DNA from: Anthoceros angustus
Taxonomy: Eukaryota; Plantae; Anthocerotophyta
Direction: 5' to 3'
DNA length: 64,000 nucleotides
Assembly (NCBI GenBank): GCA_010909165.1
Contig: VJWM01000016.1
Coordinates: 372,001 to 436,000 of the forward strand
Under the pieces are notes generated by a model, which had not been told where the DNA came from, did not search any database, and saw only the letters and a program-made list of their open reading frames with translations. Positions within the stretch are counted from its first letter, which is position 1. Each line of letters starts with the position of its first letter. The position numbers and the translations under genes were made by a program. This document shows, in pieces, positions 10,801-21,276 of the stretch.

Positions 10801-13800
10801 ACCACAGCTTCTGCCTGTTTTATTTTTCACTTCAGAATGTTTCGTTCCTTTCATTGGTTAGCTTTTCCAGACATCAGATACCGAGTGAAACTCAGCAGTA
10901 CCAAATACAAATCTGAGCTAACATGGGTGAGGGCACACAGAAACGACCTGAGTGACAATGATCAGGCGGCGCACATCCCGATCATTCACGTCAGAGTCCG
11001 ATAACCCATCCTCATCTTCTGTTCGGCTGAAATCACAGAGACCTATTAGAACCATACCTTTGAATAGTTGGACAGGGCTAGTAGTGATCTGTGGGGGACC
11101 GCTGGCTACAGAGAGAATTGACCAGCATAGTTACTCACCATCAGTCTACCAAGCGAGTACATATTCAGGAAATAGATGCACTTTTGATTTATAGGTCCTT
11201 CACAGAAGAAAGGTTCTAAGAGCTCAGTAAGCACCTCTTCACGCAAGAGGAGCGGTCCTTTCCGGATGACTTCTCTGAGTCATCCAGCTCTTCATCGAAC
11301 TGAAATGTATCTTCATGCTGGTCATTGCCCTGTTCTTTCGAAGCAAAAGCAGCCGAGAGACCTCCAGTCTTCAATTCCCCTGCCCTTGTCGCAGGGGGCT
11401 TGTTGTTGCTCAAACTTTTCCGCCTGTTGGCATTTCGAGCTGATGGTGTGACCCAGTCGCTCTCATCATCCGCCACAACGCCACTCTCAGTTTCAGCTTC
11501 CGAGAAAGGGGATCTCATATCCGTTTCAAGCTCACTTTCCACAGAGGAGATCCTCAATCCAGGCAACCTTCCAGGAGCTGCTCCATTGGGATGCTCTTGG
11601 TGAGATTCACTGTCCACACTCTCAGGTTGTGAGGCTCTGTCTGTGGCTTCCACATCCTGCACTGCTCGAGTTCTTTTGTCCAGGCCTTCAAGACTGCCAG
11701 GTGAAGCCCCATCTGCAATATCTTTTCGGGATGATAAGTTATCCACGTCAGGCATTTCAGTGCCGCCAGAGGAATTTGAAGCTCCAGTGCCAATATCTGA
11801 ATCCCTTGAGCCTGCCTCCACCCCTTGCTCCGGTACCGGGGCTTTTGGGCCATCAATCACAGTAGGTCCTCTGCGCTCGTCCACTTGAGCTGAGCTGGAC
11901 GAAGCACCATATGAAGGTGGGAGTAGCCAATTGGCCCAGTCATCACGCTTTCGTAGAAGATTGCCCTGACACAAGGCACTCCACAAAATTCAATTCACTT
12001 GAGAAAGGAGAAACCCCAACAGTAAAGGAATCCACTATCCCAAAGGAGAACAAAGAGCACACCTGCACTTCAACAACTGAAGAGTTCCGCAACGCATCTA
12101 AAATTACTGGTATCTCTGTCGTCAGGTGCTTCACCTGCAAGCCACAAGAGAATTTAAGCACCTGTGCAAAAGGATATAGCGTAACGGTTGAAGACGAAAG
12201 TCACGACGTAACCACATACCCTATTGAAACCCGCAATCACAGATACGGGAATAAAGCCTTGAGAGTCCATCTGTGTGCGGACAAAGATGTCTTTGCAAAG
12301 GTTTGCAACGCTGCAGACAACAACAAAGATAACAAAAAAATACAGCTGGTCATTGTAGATCTTGTTCCCGAATTGTGAGAGAGTACAACCCTACACCTGG
12401 TACACCAAGCTTTGATTCAAGCAAATGAAACAGGGAATAAACCACACACCTAAAATAATACTCGATTTGATGCATGAGAGCTGTTCTTAAAGACACAGCC
12501 TCAGGGATGACCATGTTCGGTCCAGGAGTGAAGTATGCCGCACTAGAGACATTGTTGGAATTAGCATAGAACGGACCACCTACACCCAAACATTGGAGTC
12601 AGCGAATTCGTACAGCAGGAGTCTACAACGCTAAAGTAGAAAAACAGTTTCAGAGGGGAAAAAATCGAGCAAAGTCAAACCTGGTAGGTTTTGAAAGTAG
12701 AAAATCTGATTGTAACTAGGAAAAGCCCAACCTGAGATATTCACGTAGGGATTCTGATAGGTTTGAACCCAACCTGGGGGGTTAACGTAAGAATTCTGAT
12801 TGTTTGGAAACATTGGTCCAGGTCTGTTGAAATTGCTCCTCGGCGGACCAGCTCGCTGATGCTGATGCTGCTGGTGTTGCTGATGCTGATGTTGTGGCTG
12901 ATGTTGGTGCCCCATCCCGTTGTCCCGCCCATTGGGCCCAAACTGTCTATTCGAGTTCCATGCTCCACCTCCTCGGCCCTGATCTCGCATACGCCGGCCA
13001 CCGCCCCCATTACCACCATACCCACCTCTATGCGGCTGAAACTGCCTTCCACCCGCCGGTTGAGGATGGCCCCTGACAGATGGATCCGCGTGATTCCTCT
13101 CTCTCACTTCAGCAGCAGGTACAGGAGCAGTCTCCGGAGAGACTGCAGGGGCATGGTCTGGCAAGGGGCCTGCCTCTGAGCTAGGAGCCGCCCCTCCATT
13201 TGAAGATCCCACACGTTTTCCGACAGGTTTCTGCTTGCTGCCTTGGCCGCCTGTAGCCAGAGGCGGCTTGGGTGGACCCTGCGGAACCAGAAGGCAGGGT
13301 CAATGCAGGCCCTACACACACACCGTTGAAAGCTCTGCATGTCTGAAGAACGGTATGCAACCTCTCCAGACAGAGAGGGGCATGCTTCTCTTCTTGACCA
13401 GGCTGGAGAGAGGCAGCAGTTGCAGGAGCATGCAGCAGAAACACAGCAATTGAAAGCAAGGCAGAAAACAAAACAAACAAACCTGGTCAGCCGAGGCATC
13501 CGCTTGCACCGCAGGCGCAACTGGCTTCGGCGGCGGCTCCTGCGTGGTAGTTTTCGTTCTCCGCTCACCGAGAGCCGGCCATGAATCAGCTCCCATGACC
13601 GGCCCTGTTGCAACACCCTTCCCTGCCACAGACGGCACGGGCTTCTTCCAGGCAGGCTTCACGGGCTGTGCAGCAGCCTCCACCGGCGGGGCGACGCCGG
13701 CCGCCGGTGCCGCGTCCCCAGGACTGTCCCCGGCGCCGCCGCCTCGGGCTGCGATTTGGCAGCTACGGGCGGCACAGGACTGGACACAGGTTGCTCCAGA

Positions 13801-14216
13801 GCGGGAGCACGCGGCGCAGCCTCCACCGGGGCTGCTTGGCCGCGGTCCGCTTGGGCGAGATCTCCACAGCGACAGCGGCAGGGGCCGCAGCAGCAGCAGG
13901 AGCTGCAGCGGCAACAGGAGCAGCTGCAGTAGGCGCAGACGCAGCAGCAACAACAACAGAGGCGGGTGGAAGATGCACAGAAGCTCCGGTGGTGGCGGCG
14001 GCGGCTACGGCGGGTCCATTCGCGAGCGCAGCCACAGCTCCGAGGCCCTCTGCCAGGGGCGGCCCTCCTTGACAATCTGCGACCAGGCGTTTTGAGGCGG
14101 GACACGGGCTTGCTCCCGCCGGCGCCAGCAATGCTGGGACTAGGCTCGGCCGGGGCCGGCGCCGCGGCGGCAGCAGGCACCGTCGCGGTGTCCACCGACG
14201 ACGACGACGACGCCAT
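7848..14216 (-). CDS. LARP1: La-related protein 1 (La motif plus DM15 repeats), multi-exon; exon 1 has apparent homopolymer frameshifts
   Basis: Minus-strand exons encode [31 protein letters not shown] and Q/H-rich segments, the La motif [13 protein letters not shown], and the DM15 region [18 protein letters not shown] and [31 protein letters not shown] at 14216, TGA at 7848. Confidence 0.9.
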
Positions 14217-14989
14217 GCGTGGCGTAGTCTGGCCTGGCCTGGCCCGGCCCTGAGCTGCGCAACCAGAGACTAGCACAATTGGACGCTCCCTGGCCGGCAC
14301 ACCCCAATGTTGCTCATCCCGCACAATCCAGCTCCCGCTGTCGAAGCTTCACCAATTTCACTCGCTGCCGCACACGATCCTGCCCTCGGCCTGCGATCCA
14401 AATCTTGATCCTCCTCCTCCCTCAATTGCGTGCGCCTGGGCGCGTGGATCCGAGGCAGCAAGGAATTCACGGAATCCACGGCCCCGCCATCGCACACAGC
14501 ATGCCAAACAAGGGTTTTGCCGACGTCGCTGCCGCTCCTCCCGAGGCTTGCCCTAGCGTGGCCCTCTGCTCCTCAGCGCGCCCCTGCGCCTCGCCTTGCT
14601 CCCTGGCCTTCCCTGCCGCCGTCGCTCCACTCCACACCAGTCAGCCTCCCTCCCCCTTCCGCCCAAGCCCAACCAGCCACCCCAGGCTGCTAGCAAGACA
14701 CCACAAACCCCTCTCTCCCCTCTAACCCCTTATGTTATGTAGCTACCACCCAACTCCTTGCCTTCTCCCCCTCACCCCCCGTTGGAGAATTTTACCTTGT
14801 AAGTCGTTGCTAGAATAATACGCGAGATCGCCGCCTATTCTAAGCGCTTCCTTCCTCTTTCGCCGCCCATCTCACCACCTTAGGCAGCTTTATTACCAGA
14901 CGGCCTAAACTCGCTTTCACCTTTTTGAAAAACAATAAATACAAACCTCATCATAGTCGTTAGATTAATACCTCTCTCATACCATGTCA

Positions 14990-16307
14990 CAAACCTCAGA
15001 TAGGGATACACAGCCCAAGATAACAAATATGACTGTTAAAAATTGGATATTAAAAATATAAGTCTTTTATTCTAGAGGCCACCGATTCATCTATCTCTAC
15101 TTACTTAAAATAATTACTTCTTTTACCATCAATAAAGTTCACTAAGGTATAGGAGGAGTAAAAAATGTACAAAATAGAATATACTATTCAAGAATACACT
15201 ATTTATAGTAAATATTATTTAATATTTCTTATTTAATATGCTATTTATAATAGACCTTGTTCCTATAGTGATTCTACATCGATCATGGTATTTACTGTAA
15301 ATTTTTTTATATTAATAATACGTAAATTAATATAGAAAATATTATATATATTAATATTATCTATATAATATTATATATATTAATATAGAAAATATAAGTT
15401 TGCACTGAATACCTCAATACAGCTAAAATTAATATTTTAAATTTTATTGTATTATATTTCTCCCTCGCTGATACAATAAATAGTACATTAAATTATGGAA
15501 TAACTTTGTCATGTTATTCAATACAGGAGGTACTCTTCTAGCAAAAATGAGACACCACGAAGAGTGCTTAAAAGATTTCAACTATGGAGGACAAGACTAC
15601 TAAAGTTATTGAATGCAAAGAGATCGGATAAAATCACCTACCAAATAACCAGTAAACATCACTTATTATGATGTTAATTTATCATGTATATTTTCTAAAT
15701 AATAAGTTTAATATAAATGAAATATTGATTTTAATATATTAATCAATAATTATAATAAATAAAAAATATTTGTTGAATATTTTATATATAACTATTTATG
15801 TTTTACAAGGATGTGCCAACACAAGTTGGCCCACCTTTTTTCATAAGAATTTAAGCCAGGAAGAAACCAATCCGTAAAAGATGTCAAGTTCTTGATGTTT
15901 GTTTTGTCTATCTTAGTGTTTTTATGCACATGATTTGTCTTGTACTCTTCAACTTTCCTCCTTTTCGAATCTTGTCGATATAACACTTCATCCCTTGTCT
16001 TCTTCAAGATAGGAGCAAGATTGTGATCCGGTGAATAGCTTGAGTGCTTGATATGAAGTTCTTGGGTCATTGTATGTTTGGGTAAAACCTTAGACGAAAA
16101 ATCATTACGTATATTATGAGAGTCTTGGAATCTAGTTTTCTTCGTTTGCTCATCCAATTTGCTTGAAATTTTTGTGTGATCAGAAGATTGTTGAGCATGA
16201 AAGTGCTGTGCGTGTGTTTGCGACGAGTCGTCCCATGGTAAAATGCTTGTGTTGGTAGTGAAGTGTGATGAGCACACGGCGTCACCATGAATATTATCGC
16301 TGTGCAT
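14990..16307 (-). pseudogene. AT-rich decayed gene-like or TE-derived region of unknown family
   Basis: Open stretch 16307-15792 (MHSDNIHG...FTDWFLPGLNSYEKRWANLCWHILVKHK). Downstream exon-like blocks have AG/GT boundaries and in-frame TGA stops (about 15637-15490: VILSDLFAFNNFSSLVLHS*NLLSTLRGVSFLLEEYLLY*IT*). No family recognised. Confidence 0.3.
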
Positions 16308-16570
16308 CGTGCGAGAAAACAAAATGGTACAATAATAATGTGTAGAGAAAGATACAAAGGTAAAGAGAGCTGATTGGTTGGGCTGCGCCACACCCCGGCC
16401 CCACACACACGAAGCGCCCCGAGATGACGCTGCGGTAGCAAAACTATCTAAAATCCTAGAAAGGAGAAACGCGCAAACTAGAAAGACGGGGGAGTGGATA
16501 AAGGCTCCAACTCCAACCGCAGCCGTTGCGCCGGGCGAAACTGGCGGGCGGCGCTCCACAAGGTGGGCAT

Positions 16571-16787
16571 TAGGGTTTAGGGCTTTAGAGCGGAAGGGCA
16601 GAGGCGAGGGAGAGGGAGAGGCAGAGACAGAGGCAGGGCTCCAGGCTAGGGCGCCCGGCCCCCCATGCAAATTCATTGGTTGTTGCCTTGCCGCGAATCT
16701 GCCACTGCACTTAGCCGGATCCGCTGGTTTGTCGGACAGTCCACGGAGCGTCACGACCTGCTCGGGATTCCTCACAGTTTAGGGTTT
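16571..16787 (+). promoter_or_regulatory. Telo-box motifs (TAGGGTTT) in the 5' region of the S1 gene
   Basis: tagggtttaggg at 16571-16582 and ttagggttt at 16779-16787, flanking a GA-rich tract. Telo-boxes are known from plant translation-machinery promoters; function here is inferred. Confidence 0.4.
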
Positions 16788-17002
16788 CTATCACGATCAT
16801 GGCAGTGTCTGCTGGCCGATGCCGGTTGGAGCTTGTGCTGGGGGTTCTCCAGGCGGTTTGATGTTGTCGACGCCGGTTGGGAACGTGAGTCAGTGCTGCC
16901 ATCAGCCTTCAGCAGAGTGGAGCTTGGAAATGTGTGCGTGTTGAGTTGGCTGGTGGGATTTTTGCCGATACACTTTGAGCTCACCATATTGTGCGTATTG
17001 TG

Positions 17003-20000
17003 ATGGGGAGCAGATTGTTGACGTCGGGAGGGGCATTGCCTGCAGCTGCAGCGCGGAGGGATGAGTGTCACCGTGTCCCTTCTCGCGCAGGGTTTCACCT
17101 CTGCCTTGCATCGGGCGGGGCCGGATTCCAGCTCGGGGCCGGGGCCGGGGTCGGGGTCGGGCGGGGCCGAAATCTGTTCCCCCACCGCCCAGAGTGGTCC
17201 TCAGGAATGTTGCCAGGTTTTCAGGATGGCGAGGAGCTTGCTGGGTCAGGCCCGTGGATGTTGTGTCCAGCCCCAATGCGTTCTCGTACGCGGCGGAGTC
17301 AGGGCAGGGGGGAGACGGAATCGCAGACGGGTTTGAAGTACCGGAAGCAGAGTTTGAACGAGAGGGAGGGGCTGCAGATGTAGGCCCTCGGGAGCCGGAG
17401 GTGGCAAGCCAAAGTCCTGCGCAGAAATACTGGGTTGCTCCTCCTAGAGGGTACGTGCCACCTCCTGAGCAGCCTGCTCCCGAGCAGAAGTACTGGGTTG
17501 CCCCTCCCAGGGGATATGTGCCGCCTCGTGAGCAGCCTCCTCCTGAGCAGCCGCGTCCGGAGCAGAAGTTCTGGGTTGCTCCTCCTAGGGGTTATGTGCC
17601 GCCTCAAGAGCAGTCTCCTCCTCAGCAGGCTCCTCCTCAGCAGGCGCGTCAAGAGCAGAAGTTCTGGGTTGCTCCTAGAGGGTACGTGCCACCTCCTGAG
17701 CAGCCTGCTCCCGAGCAGAAGTACTGGGTTGCCCCTCCCAGGGGATATGTGCCGCCTCGTGAGCAGCCTCCTCCTGAGCAGCCGCGTCCGGAGCAGAAGT
17801 TCTGGGTTGCTCCTCCTAGGGGTTATGTGCCGCCTCAAGAGCAGTCTCCTCCTCAGCAGGCTCCTCCTCAGCAGGCGCGTCAAGAGCAGAAGTTCTGGGT
17901 TGCTCCTCCTAGAGGGTATGTGCCGCCTCAAGAGCAGTCTTCCCCTCAGCAGGCCCCTCCTGAGCAGGCGCGTCCCGAGCAGAAGTTCTGGGTCGCTCCT
18001 CCCAAAGGATATGTGCCGCCTCAAGAGCAGTCTCCTCCTCAGCAGGCCCGTCCGGAGCAGAAGTTCTGGGTTGCTCCTCCCAGGGGATATGTGCCGCCTC
18101 AAGAGCAGTCTCCTCCTCAGCAGGCTCCTCCTGAGCAGGCGCGTCCGGAGCAGAAGTTCTGGGTTGCTCCTCCCAGGGGATATGTGCCGCCTCAAGAGCA
18201 GGTTCCTCCGCAGCAGGCTCCTCCGGAGCAGGCGCGTCAAGAGCAGAAGTTCTGGGTTGCTCCTCCCAGGGGTTATGTGCCGCCTGCTGAGCAGTCTCCT
18301 CCGCAGCAGGCTCCTCCTGAGCAGGCGCGTCAAGAGCAAAAGTTCTGGGTTGCTCCTCCCAGAGGATATGTGCCGCCTGCGGAGCAGTCTCCTCCTCAGC
18401 AGGCTCCTCCGGAGCAGGCGCGTCCCGAGCAGAAGTTCTGGGTTGCTCCTCCCAGAGGGTATGTGCCGCCTGCTGAGCGGCCTCCTCCTCAGCAGGCTGC
18501 CCCTGAGCAGAAGTTCTGGGTTGCTCCTCCCAGAGGATATGTGCCGCCTGCTGAGCAGTCTCCGCCTGAGCAGCCTCCTCCTGAGCAGCCGCGTCCTGAG
18601 CAGAAGTTCTGGGTTGCTCCTCCCAGGGGATATGTGCCGCCTGCGGAGCAGTCTCCTCCTGAGCAGCCTCCGCCTGAGCAGCCGCGTCCCGAGCAGAAGT
18701 TCTGGGTTGCTCCTCCCAGGGGATATGTGCCGCCTGCGGAGCAGTCTCCTCCTCAGCAGCCTCCGCCTGAGCAGCCGCGTCCCGAGCAGAAGTTCTGGGT
18801 TGCTCCTCCCAGAGGATATGTGCCGCCTGCTGAGCAACCTCCGCCTGAGCAGCCGCGTCCCGAGCAAAAGTTTTGGGTTGCTCCTCCCAGAGGGTATGTG
18901 CCGCCTGCTCAACAGCCTCCTCCTGAGCAGCCTCCTCCTGAGCAGTCGCGTCCTGAGCAGAAGTTTTGGGTTGCTCCTCCCAGAGGATATGTGCCGCCTG
19001 CTCAGCAGCCTCCTCCTGAGCAGCCTCCTCCTGAGCAGCCGCGTACAGAGCAGAAGTTCTGGGTTGCCCCTCCCAGAGGATATGTGCCGCCACAGGAGCA
19101 GCCTCCACAGGAGCAGCCTCCGCCGGAGCAGGCGCGTCCCGAGCAGAAGTTCTGGGTTGCTCCTCCCAGAGGATATGTGCCGCCTGCTGAGCAGCCTGCT
19201 CCGCAGCAGGAGGAGCCGCGTCCTGAGCAGAAGTATTGGGTAGCTCCTCCTAGGGGATATGTGCCGCCTGCGGAGCAGCCTCCGCCCGAGCAGAAATTCT
19301 GGGTTGCTCCTCCCAGAGGATATGTGCCGCCTGCAGAGCAGCCTCCTGCGGGGCAGCCGCGTCCCGAGCAAAAGTTTTGGGTAGCTCCTCCGACTGGATA
19401 TGTGCCTTCTCAAGAGCAGCCTCCTGCTGAGCAGCCTGCTCCTGAGCAGAAGTTCTGGGTCGCTCCTCCGAGAGGATATGTGCCGCCTGCAGAGCAGCCT
19501 CCTGCTGAGCAGCCGCGTCCCGAGCAGAACTTCTGGGTTGCTCCTCCGACTGGATATGTGCCGCCTGCAGAGCAGCCTCCTCCTGAGCAGGCGCCTCCCG
19601 AGCAGAAGTTCTGGGTTGCTCCTCCGACTGGATATGTGCCGCCTCCAGAGCAGCCTCCTCCAGAGCAACCTCCCGCGCAGAAGTACTGGATTGCCCCTCC
19701 CGTCGGATTTGTGCCGCTTTCGCCCGAGGAAGCGGCTCTGCAGTGGGGTCAGCCTGCGCGGCAGGAGCGGAGGCGACAGGCCTTTGTGAGGGATGTAACA
19801 GTTTCGATGGAGGATCTGCGGCCTGGCGCAGTGTTCAATGGAAGGGTGGTGGCAGTGCAGTCCTACGGGGCTTTTGTGGACATCGGGGCTTTCACCGACG
19901 GCTTAGTGCACATCTCGCAGCTGAAGAACGATTATGTGGCCTCAGTTCACGATGTGGTGGTTCCGGAGCAGGAAGTGAGAGTGAAGGTGATCTCGGTGGA

Positions 20001-20652
20001 TGCCAATGCGGGCAAGATCTCTCTCAGTATGAAGGACGTGGTTGAGGAAGATGCAGAGGCGGTTGCCGATGTCCAGCAGCCGCGTCAGTGGCCAGCTGCA
20101 GAAGGGACAGCTGTGGTGGGTGCAACGGACGCTGGTGGGAAGCCCGTGTGGACGGGGAAGATCGCAGGAAGAGGACGGCAAGGTGCGGACCAGGCATCCA
20201 GGTCTTCCGGCCTGAAGAAGGGACAGGAAGTATCGGGTGTGGTGAAGAACATTATCGCCAACGGCGCCTTTGTCACGTTGGGCAACGGTGTTGACGGGTT
20301 TCTCAGGGCTAGTGAGACGGACAATCCTTCCAACTTGCCCCTGAATGCTCTTTTCCAGGTCGGGGAGTCGCTGGATGTCCGAGTGCTGAGAGTGGAGAAG
20401 GGAAGGGTGGCCCTGACCATGAAGAGGGCGTTGGACTTGAAGAAGGTTAACGAGTCCATCAACAAAAACGAGATCGTCACTGCTGCTAACCCCTTCGAGC
20501 TGGCGTTCCGTCAGGCCAAAATCCTCCCCTCTGCTGGGGCTGACGACGGGGCTGCTGAAGAAGTGGCTGCTGAAGAAGAGGCTGGTGACGAGGAGGCTGC
20601 TGAAGAAGCGGTCGCTGTCCAGGCGGAGGTGCAGGAAGCGGCCAGCATCTAG
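17003..20652 (+). CDS. Putative plastid PSRP-7/PETs-like double-S1 RNA-binding protein lacking EF-Ts domains, with a 28-copy Trp/Tyr/Pro/Gln repeat region; N-terminus needs a 1-nt correction
   Basis: The frame is open from 17065 to 20652. The C-terminus has two S1 domains (PGAVFNGRV...YGAFVDIGAFTDGLVHISQL...KISLSMK; KKGQEVSGVVKNI...GAFVTL...DGFL...VRVLRVEKGRVALTMK) followed by AANPFELAFR, as in the S1 part of the plastid EF-Ts polyprotein, then an acidic tail and a stop. There is no in-frame ATG before the repeats. ATG 17003 opens MGSRLLTSGGALPAAAARR...RNLFPHRP, which would join this frame if one C were added in the C-run at about 17178-17190. Confidence 0.85.
17422..19719 (+). repeat. Coding tandem array of 28 units, each QK(F/Y)WVAPPRGYVPP plus 1-3 five-residue spacer modules
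   Basis: Counted in the translation. Unit lengths are mostly 21, 26 or 31 aa. Spacer modules are EQSPP, QQAPP, EQPPP and EQPRP/EQARP. The last unit is diverged (QKYWIAPPVGFVP). Confidence 0.97.
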
Positions 20653-21276
20653 GGCAAGGACCCGCCCATGAAGCTGCCCAGGTGGGACTCTGCCACCAAC
20701 AGGCGCATCGGCAGTGTCATGTCAAAGCTCTTCTGGGTCCCGAGGACTGTAGACCGTAAAACTGTTGGGGGTTCCGATTCTCTGGCCCTTCTTCGGTCGG
20801 TGGTGGGGCTGCCCACCTTGCCCGGAACCCCTTTTGCCTACTGGTGGTGGTTGATTGAAGGCTCCAACGTAAGCACGCACCGTGGTGACGGTCAGGTGGC
20901 CCTTTGGCTGGTAGTGGACTGGCAGGCACTGTCGGCCAGGCTAGGCAGTTGCCTTCTCTTTCGTCGTTGCCCATCCACTTTCTTCTGATTCCATGCAAAT
21001 ATAGATACGTGCCTTGTTGGTGGAAGATCACTGTCTTGCATGGGTAGCAGCTGGATGCTATACTGTCCTGCTTCTTACTATACACATGTTCCATCACACT
21101 GGACGATTCCTGTGCAAATGCCGGCCGTCTCTGCCGTCCTCCACATGCGCGAGCACGCCATGACCATGTGCTGAATGTTCACATAAACAATTGGAAGTAT
21201 TCACTTTAAAGCCAGTGTACCTTCGAGAAGAGAAGATTGAGACGCAATTCGTGCATTGATCTCGCCTGGCAGCGAC

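Noticed and set aside
17299-19668. 789-aa antisense ORF and 602-aa / 399-aa alternative-frame ORFs
   Set aside because: These are shadows of the stop-poor repeat. Only the frame continuous with the S1 domains shows conserved peptide with varying third positions.
17422-19719. CRISPR-like look: a constant core of about 42 nt alternating with variable spacers
   Set aside because: The spacers are homologous to each other, change in 15-nt steps and keep one reading frame. The context is eukaryotic with no cas genes. It is a coding repeat.
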